A stretch of DNA of 57,146 bases, counting the filler, from Basidioascus undulatus (taxonomy: Eukaryota): NCBI GenBank assembly GCA_000826855.1. It is 4 parts of 4 records of this genome, joined end to end, with 100 filler letters (N's around TTAATTAATTAA, not from the genome) between each part and the next. Parts side by side here need not be neighbours in the genome. Positions count along the whole stretch, not along the records: positions 28,643 to 42,846 come from JTLS01000751.1; positions 42,947 to 57,146 come from JTLS01000752.1; 2 more parts are not named here. The stretch is one strand, 5' to 3'. Every line of letters begins with the position of its first letter. Positions within the stretch are counted from its first letter, which is position 1. Under the pieces are notes generated by a model. That model was given only the letters and a program-made list of their open reading frames with translations. It had not been told where the DNA came from and made no database searches. The position numbers were made by a program, and so were the translations under genes. Of the stretch, positions 34,488 through 46,694 are shown in pieces.

Positions 34488-36536
34488 TTAGTGCGGCGCC
34501 CACTCCGTAACGCCCATGAGCCTGTCGCGTCCCGCCCGCTCCAATCAGCCATCTAACCAGCCCACCTGCGCTATCGCTCCCGCACCCAGCAACCAAACTC
34601 ACATGAAGCTCTCATAGCTCGGCTCCTTGCCCTCCAGGCGGACCTCGTACTTCTGCACCTCGCTCCAACGGCGCATAAGCCTGCGCCAGTAGCACGCCGT
34701 CGCGGCGGGGGTGAGGTACCGCTCGCGGAGCGCGTTCCACGCGTTGTCCGCGATCATCTGCACGCGCTCCGGGTCGGCCAGGAGCGCGTCCATGACCTGC
34801 GGGAGCGCCGCCCAGGGGTTCGAGGACGGCTCGCGCACGTGCGCTTGTGCCGCGGGCTGGAGGGACGTGAGGGACGGGATCTCGATGATGTTTTGCGTGG
34901 GGGAGGTCGGGGAGGAGTCGAGCAGGTGGTGGAAGTGCTGTGGGGTGATGGGGACGGGGTGAGGAAGAAATGAGGGTGGAGGAGAGGAGGGGAGACGGAC
35001 TTGAATGAATTCTTGCGGGTGCATGACGACGACCGAGCGGCACTGGAGGAGGTACCTGGCGAGGCGAACAAGGTCAATCCAACGAGAGAAAAAGGGATTT
35101 TCAAAAGGCACGCAGCACGACGCACTTTAGTCTACCCGAGTACGCCCAGCCCTCGACGTGCGCGAGGTACTTGTACCCGCAGTGCTCTTCCATCGTAAGG
35201 AGGTCGCCGGGCTGGATTTTGCCCCAGTCCATCGCGCGCACGTCCGACCACCCGTACCCCTTCGCGGCCGCGATCAGCTGGTGCCGAATGTCGACCATCC
35301 TACACGCAAGGGTTAGCCGGAATACGGGAGGGTTTGAAGGGAAGGGAGGGGAGGACGCAGGGAAGAGGGGAAGGGGAGACAAGGACGCACGGAGCACCGC
35401 GCCAGAAGAGCTTGTCCTTCTTCGTTGAGTACCCGTGCGAGTTCTCGTACCTGCAAGCATCTCACGAGTTCAGACGAAGCCCAGCGAGGCAGGACAGAAG
35501 AGAAAGAGAGGCACGCACGCGAGTGCCTTATCGCGCACTTCGACGAACGACCCCACGCCCGGCTCGGGCCACGACCACCAGCCGAAGTCTGTCCGGAACC
35601 ACCGCTTCCTCAAGTCAGAGTGTTGTCCTGTCCCTGAAAGAAAGGAAGGCAGGAGAGGGGGGACAACGCACCGGGCATGAGCCACAGTGCCTCCTGGTCG
35701 GCCTTGCGGTCGAGCACCCACGCGGGGCGGTCGCCGTACCCTGCGTCGAGAGTCTGGATGACGAAGCTGGTGCGGAATTCCGGGGTGAGCGAGGAGAAGA
35801 GTGGGAGGGGGAGGGGGAGAGGAGAGGGGCGCACTCGATATCGGGTATCGGCTCGGGGGAGGTGATGAGCGCCTCGTGGATGGCGGCGAGGGAGGCCATC
35901 GTGCGCGTGTTCATGCCCTTGTCGAACTTCTTGACGTACATCTGTCCTCCTGACGCCGCGTGAGTCCCACCCACCCAAAGAAGAAAGGCACAAGGCAAGA
36001 ATGAGGCGACGCACCCGCCCATCCTTGATGATCACCCGCGCGTTCGCATTCTCCGCCGCCTTCTCCAGGTCCTCCCTGCTCACCCCGCCCCTTGCCGCAT
36101 ACCAGTCCCTTGCGCGGTCCGCCTCGCGATATAGCTCTGGAAACAGCGCGTCGCACTGCGCGGGGCTCATCTGGCGGTCCATGGCGGTCTCGAACTGGCT
36201 TCCATTGGGCTGGTGCGCAGCCAACGGACGCGAGAGGCACTGTGCCCCGGCGTCTAATTGGGACACGGGGGAGGGCTCGGGGAAGTAGAGCGGGATGGGG
36301 GGCGGCGGGGGGCCGGCGAGGAGGTGCAAGAGGAGGAGGAGGATCGTGGATGTTGCGAGGCCCGCGAGGAAGGAGGGCGAGGGGCGGAAGCAGTCTTTGG
36401 TGAGGGGTGAGAGGGAGGGGAGGCGCAGGTGCCCGATGCCGGTGCGGTTGCGCGGGGATGACGGGCGCGAGGAGGTGGGCAGGACGGAGTACTTCGCATT
36501 GCTGCTGCTGCCGGCAGGGGTGCTGCTGCTCGCCAT
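34488..36536 (-). CDS. Glycosyltransferase family 90 (CAP10-like) type II membrane protein
   Basis: N-terminal TM segment, QCDALFPELY, EPIPDIEFVI, WLMPDFGWWSWPEP, KLFWRG, MEEHCGYKYLAHVEGWAYSGRLKYLLQCRSVVV, IADN...LRERYLTPAATACYWR. Confidence 0.9.
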
Positions 36537-37399
36537 GCTCGTGAGCGGGAAGGAGGCGAAGGCCGAGGAGGACGCGCTGCTGGAGGTGGGTGAGGTGGAG
36601 AACGCGCGTGAGGAGGCAGAGGGCGGCGGCGAGCGCCTGTGAGGGGAGTGTGGCAGGATGGTGGGCAACGTACAGGAAGATGAGCGTAGAAAGCAAGGAG
36701 CCTGTCGATGTCAGTGTAAAGATCAGCAAGCGAGCAGGCGCAGTCGACCGACCGCGGAGAGGGTCGCCCGTTTCAGGGCACGCGGCAGGCGGGGCCTCTG
36801 CCGTACCTAGTTAGATCCTACTAGGGGCCGCCAAGCCTGCCCATCCGCCCTAGCGCTCCATCGGCGCAGCACGATGCGCCCTGATATAGAATCCCGGTTT
36901 CGCTATGCGTGATGTGCGACGGATGGTGCGGGCGGTGGCGGCGGGCGGCGGCGAAAGGAGAATGGAGTACAGAGGAGGTGGAAGGTCGGACGGCCGAGGA
37001 GGAATCAGCGGCAGATGGAGTGTGGAAGGCAGCGATGTCAGAGTGCGCACGACCAACATCTCTTTCAACAAGTGCCGGGGGTTCTCAGCGTGCTGTTTGT
37101 TGTAACATGCTTGCAGACTTGAGATAGTGTACGCTAGAGTACAGAGCTCGAGGACGAATCCAAGTCGACATACGCTAGTTCCTGTCTGCTAAGTGTCCTG
37201 CCTGCAGCCAAACGACCTTCTCTCCTCTACTCCAGTCTTTCTATTCTTCTCTCCCAAAGAGGATTAATCAGCTAAGAAGCGCGAGAGAGTAGGAACCCAA
37301 GGCACATCGACCATCCAGCCCCTCGGCCAGCCATCCCATTCCAATAACTGCCTGGCCAGAAGTCCTCCTCCGTCCAACCATGCAATCCATCCACATCCG

Positions 37400-38319
37400 C
37401 TACCAATCACCCAGCAGCCCCGCGCCCTGCCCTGGCACCAACCCTGGCAATCCTCCCTGCCCCGTCCCCGTCCGCGTCGTCGCCCCGCCCCCGGCGCCAG
37501 CCCACAGCCTCCTCGCCAGCGCCGCTCTCCTCCCCGCACTGCCCACCTGCCCCTCCGCGCGCTCTCGCACCTCCGGCGGGCGCGCATGCACGAGCATGTG
37601 GAAGAGTGTGTGGGGGGTGACGGTGAGGAGGGGGGGTGAGGGACCGGTGGGCTCGTCGTCGGAGGGGCAAGGGGCGCGAGCGGGTTTCTCTGTGGTGGAG
37701 GGAGGGGTGAGCTGGGAAGGGAGAGGCGGAGAGACGACTTACCGGATGGGGATCTGGGTGGAGTGGGTGAGGAGGAAGAAGAAGAGGGAGAGAAGGGATC
37801 GGGCTCGGAAGAGGGGCGGTAGGAGAGGTCGTAGGTTACTAGGACTAGGAGGAGCTGGATCGCCGCTAGGAGCGTATCGACGCAGAGGAGTGTCCGTCTA
37901 CTTGGGCTTTCCGCTGTTCTTCCCCTTCCAATCAGCCTGCTCCTCTCCTTCATTCCAAACCACAACAAAACCAAACTCACCACGCCCAATCCAATCCATC
38001 ACCGCCCCACTCGCCAGCGCGACGCCCGGCGGCGGGGCGCCCCACGCGTGCCCGAGGGCGCCCCACGCCCACCCGGCAAGAATGAGGGCGAGGAAGAAGC
38101 GAAGGGAGCGCGCGGGGTGGAGCGTTGCGGGCGACTCCAGCTGGATGTGGATTGTCGTGCGCAGGAGGAGGGAGAACAGGGAGGACTGTGGGAGGCAGAT
38201 GAGTTGGGAAGGAAGAGGAAGAGAGAGGGCGGGGGAAGGGGACGGACATCGAGGAAGTAGAGATGTGAGGAGAGGACATAGTAGAGGCTGTCGAGCTGCT
38301 CGGACGGACGGGTGAGCAT
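37400..38319 (-). CDS. DUF1746 membrane protein (Dsc4/Vld1-like)
   Basis: QLDSLYYVLSSHLYFLD-SSLFSLLLR, GAVMDWIG, LLCVDTLLAAIQLLLV match the recalled DUF1746 pattern. Confidence 0.7.
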
Positions 38320-38752
38320 GCAAGATGAGAACGTCGAGATGGACAGAGGCCGGGACGCACGGACTGACAGAACTCTCGCCGGGTCGCTTCTGTTTGCCAT
38401 CGTAGTGAATATTCAGTCCAACGTGCCACAGCGGATGACATGATGCATCGGTGTGCAACGTACCCATTGACGACAAGATGAAAGGTAAGGTAGAGCAAGA
38501 CAGCCAGCGCGTGCCCAAGCAGCGCGTTCGTCATTCCACGCGCGTATAGTATTGAGACATTAGCCTCACTACTAGCACTACTAGCCTCGCAGTGGACTCC
38601 TCAACACGCTCTCCCTTCGCTCCCAACGTCGACCTTCTCCTCCTCGCTTGACTTATTGGCCCAGGCAGGTCGCTCGTTCTATTTCTTGTTTGTGAGTGTC
38701 CATACCTTGAGGCCCTTGTGTTTCTTGCTCACCTTAGACGCACCCAAGCAGC

Positions 38753-40061
38753 ATGCCCGCGTCCGCAGGCCGCTCGACATCGCGGCCCCCAGCGGCGGCG
38801 AGCAGCACGAGCGCGAGCGGGGGGTCGTTCTTCCCCGCTCCCTTCAAGCTCACGGACTACGCGCCCCCACCGCACCTCTCCTCCGCGGCGCGCGCGCCCC
38901 CGCGCAAGCGGCGGCGCGTCTTCCGCTCCCCCTCGCCGCCCTTCGCGCCGGACGACCCCTCGCCCGACGCGGTCGCGTACAACCGGTATCAGGCGACGCT
39001 GCGCCTGTCCGCGGCGTGGGAGCGCGTCATCGCGCGGTACAGCGCCGTGGACGACGATGCCGAGGACGAGATCGACCTCTCCACGGGCGAGGTCGTCCTC
39101 GACCGTGGGTTCGTGCGCGGGATGGCGCGCCGCCGCTGGGGCGGGGAGAGCGGCAGCGAGGGCGATGGCGAGGAGGGGCAGAAGGAGGCGTGGGAGACGG
39201 ACGAGGACGAGCTCGGCGGGGCGGACGACCCCGATACGCTCGATAACCAGTTCGCACCCCCCGCGATGGTCGCACAACGCGCGCAGGACGCCGACGACCT
39301 CGCGGAGTTTCTGGCGGCCGAGGCGGCGCTGCGCAATCGGGAGGAGAGCCCTGCGTCCGGGGATGACGAGGACGACGACGAGGTGGAATTCATCTCGCAC
39401 ACGCGCACAAGGCTCGACCTCCGCCCGAAGCTGCTCAAGGAGGGCCTCAAGGCGGAGGGCGAGGACGAGCTCGCGCTGTGGCAGCAGCGCGAGCGGCAGA
39501 AGCAGAATCTGAAGCTGGAGGACCTCACGCCGCCCGTCTCTGTTGCATCCACATCTTCATCCATCATCTCCTCTTCCCCTGCTCCGCGTCCCCTTCCCCT
39601 CCCTACTGCCCCAAAAGAACTACCTACATTCACACCCAAACCTCTACCTTCCGCACCCGCACCCGTACAATGCACCCTCCTCCCACGTCCCCCCAAACCC
39701 GCACCCGCACCGCGCCCTCTCCCGTCCGCCCTCGCTGTACTTCCACCTCCCCTCGCGCATCTCGTCCCTCTCCTCTCCCCTCTCCTCCCCCTGCCTAAGG
39801 AGGTCCTCCTCCCTCCCTACCCAGCCGTCCCCAACCCTCCGGACGCACACGCGCCCTTCCCTCGCCGAGCCCCACTCGCACTCCGACAAGGCCGTGCCCG
39901 CCCTCCGCCCGGCTAGGATGGACAGCGTGCGCGCTGCGGCGAGTCGTGAGGCGGCGCAGAGCGCAAGGGAACGGGTGGGGAGGATTATGGCGAGGCCGGC
40001 GGTTTTCGCGGGCTCGGGCTCGGGACGGAAGAAGCGGGAGGAGGTTGAGGGGTGGATTTAA
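38753..40061 (+). CDS. SCM3: Centromeric histone (CENP-A/Cse4) chaperone Scm3; probable frameshift in the C-terminal low-complexity part
   Basis: RLSAAWERVIARYS...EDEIDLSTGEVVLDRGFVRGM matches the Scm3 domain. The first ORF ends at 39916; a second frame continues to 40061. Confidence 0.8.
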
Positions 40062-40807
40062 GGGCGCGCTGGTTCGCGCTCGCTGGAATTGAGGGGGGTG
40101 TTGTACGAGATTGGGATGGAGCTGGACTCCATTGCTGGATGGATGGACACGGACGGACGACCACTTCCTCTTACCCGCCTTCTTTCTGCGTCTCCCCACT
40201 TTCGTCTATTGGGTCTTGCATTGTCCTTTTTGACTTTGTATCGCATCGCATCGCAGCATCGCAACGCAGTGCAGGGCAATGCATCCTTAGGTTTGCATGA
40301 GTGGAGTTGTGCATTGCGTCTGTGAATGTATCTGTAAGCCGGCTGCCAACAGAGCGCGACTAAGAAGGAGTATTCTGCCGAGTACGGAAGTGCGTAGCGT
40401 CAAGGTGATCATCAAGCCGCTTGCGAATGAGCGGAGGACTGAAGGGTTGAAGTCAACAGACGAGGGTTTCTGAGGGGCTCGGATGCCACGAAGAGGCAGA
40501 AGCGAAGACGCCCGGGGCAACCGGAGGGTACGGGGTGGAGTGCGACTGCGTCTGACTGCTGCAAGGGCGGCTGGCAAGCAGGTGCGCGCGGTGGAGATCG
40601 CTGGATATGTGGCGAGCGTCACGCTGCTTGCTGTGTTGACCGACGGCGAAGCGCGGCGAGGAAAGAAGACGACGTCGGTCGTCCCCTAGGCCTGATCAAC
40701 CCTCAAGGCATGGGATCAAGGCATGGGACGCCTCGTCGGACGGCCTGCACCTGCACGACGCGACCCAACCCGGCCCCACAACGGCCAGGGCGACAAACGC
40801 TGCATAG

Positions 40808-42117
40808 GTATCCCACACACATTCCCGAGCGCACGAGAAAAAGAGTGGTACGCTTGATCCATCCACCGCCCCCCCGCAGCCCACCTCCTCGCAGCCCTCC
40901 GGGAAGGGCGCCAAGGGGAAGGGCAAAGCCGCCGCCGCCGCCGCCGCCTCTGCCGGGCAGTCTGCCGAGGACAAACGAGAGCGGGATCCCTGGGCGGGGG
41001 TGAACAAGGAGGATCGGAAGGGGCTGGAGGAGAGGGTTCGGATGCTGGTGCACTGTGCGTTTCCTCTCTCCTTCCTCAAGCGAGAACGTGAGAGCTGAAC
41101 AGATGAGGAACCAGTGGGCTACCGCGCCCTCGCCTTCACCCACCACATCACCTCCTTCCACCCCTCCACGCACATCTGCCCCTTCCCGCCGTCCTCCACC
41201 CACCCGCTCTTTCCCTCCCTCGACCCGCGCACCTCTCCGCGGGCGCCCACGCCAATCCTCCAACTCACGCGCCTCCTCCTCACGCTCTCCTCGTCCTCCC
41301 TCGGCCCGACCACCTCCCACAATCTCACCTCCTCCAACGCCGCCCTCCTCGCGGGGTACGATATCCTCTCCGTCCGCCCGCTCGACTTGCCGAGCTTCAC
41401 CTCCGCGTGCCTCGTGCTCGGTGCGCCCACAGCGCATGCAGCGCATATTATCTCGCTGGACCTGAGTGCGGCGCCCAGGCTGCCCTTTCAGCTCAAGCGC
41501 GCGACAGTGGGGAAGGCGCTGGCGGACGGGGTCGTGTTCGAGGTGTGCTACGGCGGGGCGTTGGAAGGCGGGGAGGGGAGAAGGAGGAACTTGATTGCGG
41601 GGGCGAGGGAGGTCGTGAGGGTCACGGGCGGGAAGGGGGTCATTTTGAGCGGGGAGGTGAGGGATGCTATGGGGCTGCGGGGGCCGGAGGATGTGATCAA
41701 TCTGTGAGTGCTGGTCTTTGCGGAGGGGAGACGGGGGAGGATGCTGAGAAGGCGAGGGAACAGGGGAACTGTTTTCGGGCTGAACCAGGCGCTTGCGAGA
41801 CGGGCGATTTCGGATACGTGTCGGGCCGTGGTACTTCGGGCGGGTGCGTCCATCCTCTTCCCTCTTCTCCTTCCTCTCTTTCTGTTCGACCTCTGACCCA
41901 GCCCCCTCCCCGCGCGCCAGAAACCCGAAAAACATACCGCGGCGTCCTCTCCGCGCCCACGCTGATCATGCCGAGCCCCAATTCCAAGCGTGAGCGGGCG
42001 GAAGAGGTGCAGGACGGGATGGACGTGGATACTCCAGCGGGCGAGGGCGTGAAGGAAGAGGAGCGGAATGGGAAGGGGAAGAAGGCTCGGCTGTCCTTTA
42101 ATGGTGGTGCATCATAA
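40808..42117 (+). CDS. RPP1: RNase P/MRP subunit p30; start exon not identified
   Basis: LGYRALAFTH, LQLTRLLL, YDILSVRP, IISLDL..RLPF, GVVFEVCY, RRNLIAGAREVVRVTGGKGVILSG, LRGPEDVINL, RAETRKTYRGV. Confidence 0.9.
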
Positions 42118-42163
42118 TAACGTTAATCATTCGAGTCGTGAACGAAAAAAAATCCTCTATGCT

Positions 42164-42747
42164 CTATGCTCTACGCAGTCCCGGCAGCCCCACCCCCCTC
42201 CCCTCCACGCACCGCAGCGCATCCCCCATATCGCCCAAGTCCAGTCCAAACCACCGCTTCAGCGCCTCGATCCGCTCCTCCTCCGTCTCGCACGTCTCCA
42301 GCACCTCCCCTTCCTCCCCTCCCTGCCCATTTTTCTTTCCGTTCCCTCCCTCCTCCCCTCCCTCCCCAGCCTCCTTCCCTCTCCCGTCCCCTCCCTTCCC
42401 CGACGCCTCTCGACCGGAACCGAAACCGGACCCGGCAACCGAGCGCGACCCCCAGCGCCGCCGCTTCACCTCCTTCCCCAGCAAACTAACCTGCCCCACC
42501 ACCCTCCCTGGGTCCTCGGGGTCTACAAGCTTCACGGCAGCGAGGACCGAAGAAGTGAAGATGCTCCCCGCCTTGAGCGACATCGCATACGTCATTAGCT
42601 CGTAGTCCGCCTGGTGGAACTCGAGGGTGGTAAAGACGTAGAGCGGCACCTCCTCCGCCTTTCCCTCCTCCCCCTTTTTGGGGAAGTGGGAGAGGAGGTA
42701 GAGCTGGTGTGGGTGGAGGGCGCCCGCAGAGGGGAGCGGGGAGGACT
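42164..42747 (-). CDS. Arylamine N-acetyltransferase family, last exon (5' part lost at the contig edge)
   Basis: PLYVFTTLEFHQADYELMTY...SIFTSSVLA...ETEEERIEALKRWFGLDL is typical of the fungal NAT C-terminal domain. Confidence 0.75.
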
Positions 42748-42846
42748 CTAGGAGCATGATTTGATGGTTTGTTGAGAAAGATAGTCAGCGAAGGGATGGA
42801 GTGGGGGTTCAAAAAGGATATACTTAATTTCGTAAACTATCCTTGG

Positions 42847-42946
42847 NNNNNNNNNNNNNNNNNNNNNNNNNNNNNNNNNNNNNNNNNNNNTTAATTAATT
42901 AANNNNNNNNNNNNNNNNNNNNNNNNNNNNNNNNNNNNNNNNNNNN
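42847..42946. other. Artificial contig spacer
   Basis: N44-TTAATTAATTAA-N44. Confidence 0.97.
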
Positions 42947-44270
42947 GGGGGAGGGCGGGGAGGGTTGATGGCGGGCGCGGGAGGGGCGTCGGTGGGGAGG
43001 GGAGGAGGAGTGCGGAGAGGAGGTAGGTAGATAGGTGTTGGGCGGCGGCGTAGCGCGGGGGGTGCGGCTTCGTAGAGGAGGGGGACGGGGAGCAGAGGAC
43101 GCCGAGGAGGTTGTCGATTGCGTCGAAGTAGGTTGGGCGCTGCGGGGGTCGTCAATGAACACTCTGGCAAGGTGGAAAGGGAGGGAGGAGGAAACGCACC
43201 TTGCTAATCGCCTTCCACCACCACCCCTCGGCCTCCTCGAGCCTCCCCTGCGCGCGATACACCGTCGCCAGATTGCTCATCGCCTCGACGTACTCGGGGT
43301 CAATCACGAGTATCCGCCTGCTGGCCTGCTCGCTCTCGCCTAGCTCTCCCGCCGAGAACGCCGCGCAGGAGAGGAGGAGGAGGACGGGGAGGTGCGCGGG
43401 GTGGAGCGTGTGGAGCGTACGGAGGAGTGGGAGGAGCGTCGGGTGCGTCGGGGAGGTCGTGTAGAGCTGCTGAGCTTGGGCGAGGACGACTGGGAGGGGG
43501 ATCGACTGTGGTTGCGGAGGCTGGGGCGGAGGAGGAGGAGGGGGGGGGGCGGGCCCGGCGCCGTAGTGCAGCGGACTGAGCTGGCTCGCCCAGGGCCCGC
43601 CGCCCGCGCCTGGCCAGCCCCAACCCTGCGGCCGGACGTGGTACGGGCTCGGGGAGAGGTGGCCTGGGCTTGAAGGTGCGCCTCCGCCTCCCCCGCCGCC
43701 GCTGCGGAGATTGAATGCTTGGGGCGGGGGGAGCGGCGGCGGGGGAGGGATGAGCTTAGACTGCGCCTGCTGCTGGAAGTGCGGGTGGTGCGGTGGGGTT
43801 GGGGGAGGCGGAGAGAAGTGCTGCTGGAGGTGAGGAGGTGGGTGTGGAAGGGGATGGTGTGGGTGCGGGTGGTGCAGGTGCGGCGGCGGAGGAGGCAGCT
43901 GGCCAGGGACGGTCGTGCCCAGCGGGACGCGGTGCTGATACCCCGGGTGGATGTGCTCGTGGTGTTGGGGGTGTTGGTTGTGATGGAGCATCAACTCAGC
44001 CGCCAACGCGCCCTTCCTCCTCCGCTCCCTCCCCGCGTCCTCCTCCGCGCCCACGCTCGCCGGCGCCCAGCGACTGTCGACCGCCAAGCCCGCCGCGCGC
44101 CCTCCGACGCGCCTGAGCCCGCCCGGCCGGGGAGGCGGGGAGTGCTCGGGCGGGGAAATGGACATCGGGCGCGGGAAGAGGGAGGACTGGTACAGGTGCT
44201 GCTGGTGCTGCGGGGGAGTGGACGGCCAGAAGTCGATGACTTGTGAGTGCGACAACGAGGGGGACGCCAT
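42947..44270 (-). CDS. TPR protein, probably the N-terminal part of a GT41 O-GlcNAc transferase
   Basis: His/Pro/Gln-rich N-terminus, then LHPAHLPVLLLLSC...ILVIDPEYVEAMSNLATVYRAQGRLEEAEGWWWKAISK-RPTYFDAIDNLLGVLC. The catalytic domain lies beyond the contig end. Confidence 0.7.
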
Positions 44271-45399
44271 CGCCGCCGCTGCCGACACCGCTCAAGAAAT
44301 ACGATCCCTGTGTGCGGATTAAGTCACTGGACGCGCACATGGGTGCACGCATGCTCGATTCTCGGCGTCGGAGCGGAGCGCACCTTGCTCCTTCTTTGTC
44401 TAATAGTGAACCAGGACCATACAATAGCGAGCACAAAGAGGACAACGGCGAGCACGACCCGATCAATAACGAGGAACTCAGAAAGACAGACGGAGACGAT
44501 GAGGGCGAGATGGTGAATGAATGGGTTTGAAGGAAGCGAGGAGGCGGCGAAGCAGGCCTTTCCGCCATTTCCGCCGCCCCCGACGTCATCGCCGAGTTTA
44601 CGCTCGGTTTCGGCGACGGGCCATGTGCACCAGCGAAGGGTGGAGTCTTCATGAATGTGATGATAGGAGTCGCATTCTTGAGGAGAATGCAGTATTTTGG
44701 AGGGCGGGCAATGTGTGTTACAGGGAGTTAGGAGAGCGAGGCAGTGAGCGACAGGAGCAGCTGCAAGCAGCGCGAGAAGACGCGGCGAGGCAACCAAGTA
44801 TTTCAAAGTTCGTGGCTGCTCAAATACTCGCGGTGAAAACAGTTCAACGTCTTGGGCTCTAAAACGATAGAGAAAAGTTTTACCTGACAGCTAACAGTCC
44901 TCGAGAAAGGGCAGTGGCAAGCAAGGCCAGCAGCCACAGCCACCCTCCGCTTCATCTCCATGCTTGAAACACTTCCACACCCGGCCACTCCGTGGAAATA
45001 TGTTGTTTGTGAAGTTTAGATATGCTCAGTAGATTCATCTGAGACTATAGTGCTCGTGAATCGGTGATCTGGGAAGAGCCGAGCCGACCCGCTGTGACAG
45101 CTCTGCATCGTGCTGTCTCGCCCCCCAACTTGTACGAAGGTGTGCGCCAGCAGCAGCTGGAAGTGCAGAGTAATCCAGGTTCACCTCCTAAATTGCCATG
45201 CATTCCCATCCCGCCCACCACCCTTTCGCTCCCTGACTACATGTTCAAAGTCCGGACCGACCACGGCATTCCTGCACGGGAAGACATTCAGGGAGCCCTG
45301 CGTCTGGTATACAGACGCTTCACCTCTGGGCTATATAAAGCACATTCAGTATAATGTGTCTCGTGAAAAGTCCAAACTCAAAAGCAAGCAAGCATTCGT

Positions 45400-45434
45400 A
45401 GGCACACGGCACACAGCACACGGCACACGGCACA
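45400..45434 (+). repeat. 7-bp tandem repeat (GGCACAC) about x5
   Basis: GGCACAC GGCACAC AGCACAC GGCACAC GGCACA. Confidence 0.8.
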
Positions 45435-45574
45435 TGAGCGCCCTTGCGCCGCAGCATATTGGAGAGCAAGGAATCGATCTCACCGCAATAGGATGGTAGG
45501 ACATTAGAACCTGCTCCATGTATCCTATGCAACACGCTTCCCTAATTGGCACAACTTGCAAAAGAACAAAATAC

Positions 45575-45655
45575 CGGCCTGAGCGGGAATGGAACCCGGG
45601 ACCTCTCCCAAACCGCAAGCCCTAAGGGAAAATCATACTACTAGACCATCACGCC
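45575..45655 (-). tRNA. tRNA-Pro(AGG) with a 9-nt intron, probably a pseudogene
   Basis: Cloverleaf GGCGTGA/TCAGGCC, anticodon arm TTCCC-TTAGGG[CTTGCGGTT]T-GGGAG, T-rich terminator. Defects: G:G in the acceptor stem, C:C in the T stem, T loop TTCCATT, D loop lacking GG. Confidence 0.75.
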
Positions 45656-46694
45656 ATTGAGATCTCTTTGCAAGTCAGTAATTTTCATTATAGTCGTTAT
45701 GAAGCTTCGAGCAGGATGAGCCTGGCTCTGGGCTTGCAGAGGAGGTGGGGACTGACATGCGAGCGTTTCGCTCAGCTTCAGACGATGGAGATAACGCTCG
45801 AATGGTGCGCTGGAGAGACGCTGGGTATAGGCCAATGTGGGACGGGACGGGAGGGATGGGAAAGACTGAGTGCGGAGGAGCGGCGAAGGAAGCGAGGGGG
45901 TACGAGGGGGAGCAAAGGACTGATCGGAGAACATGTACCGACAATAGACGCACAAGCAGCAGGGGAGAAGAAGAAGAATGGATTGGAAGTTTGGACAGGC
46001 AGAAATTTGGTGGGAGTTTGGGAGAAGCATACGGGAAAGGGAACAGATGGGAATGTTGTGGTGAGCGACGATTGCAGCGTCAACGTAGGAGGTGAGCACC
46101 GGGCGCGGCGGTGCTGGAAATGCCATAACATCCCCCCAAATTCTGTCAAACATGCACATAAAAGCATGCACAGACGGTCTGACTTTCACATTGACCTGTG
46201 ATAGAAGAGTCGTTTGATCGGCTGTGCTTACGCGTCGCGACGTAGCAGCTGCTCCCTTGCCTTACTGACCGTCCCTAGCAATGCCGCATCCGTCGGCCCA
46301 TATGCCCCTGGTCCGCCTCAATCAAATTAGAGAAGCATAGCGCATGAAGACAGTCGAAGCCAAGCCAGAGGAAAGCCGGAGGCGGCTCTCTGGAGGAAAA
46401 CTGTAGGTAGCTCTCAGCTTCGGCTCTGACCCCCCAGCATGCACTATCTCGCATGTTTGAGATTGGGCTGCCTTGGGGACTTGTCAATGCCAGTGGTAAC
46501 TTGAGTGATTAGGCAGAACCTCGGCGCCTGGAGATTCAAGGCTGGGGCCTCTTCGCAGCCAACTTCCAAAACGCGCGTACCGCTAATTGAGCTTCCGCCG
46601 TCCCGCCGCCGACGATGGGATACAGATCGAGCGCATCTCGGCGCATCGTTTCCTGCAACTCTGGTGCTCACTTTAGCTATCGCAGACGTATAAT

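Noticed and set aside
45641..46201. Overlapping 182-aa and 177-aa ORFs
   Set aside because: Low-complexity purine/pyrimidine-skewed sequence without domain or consistent splice support
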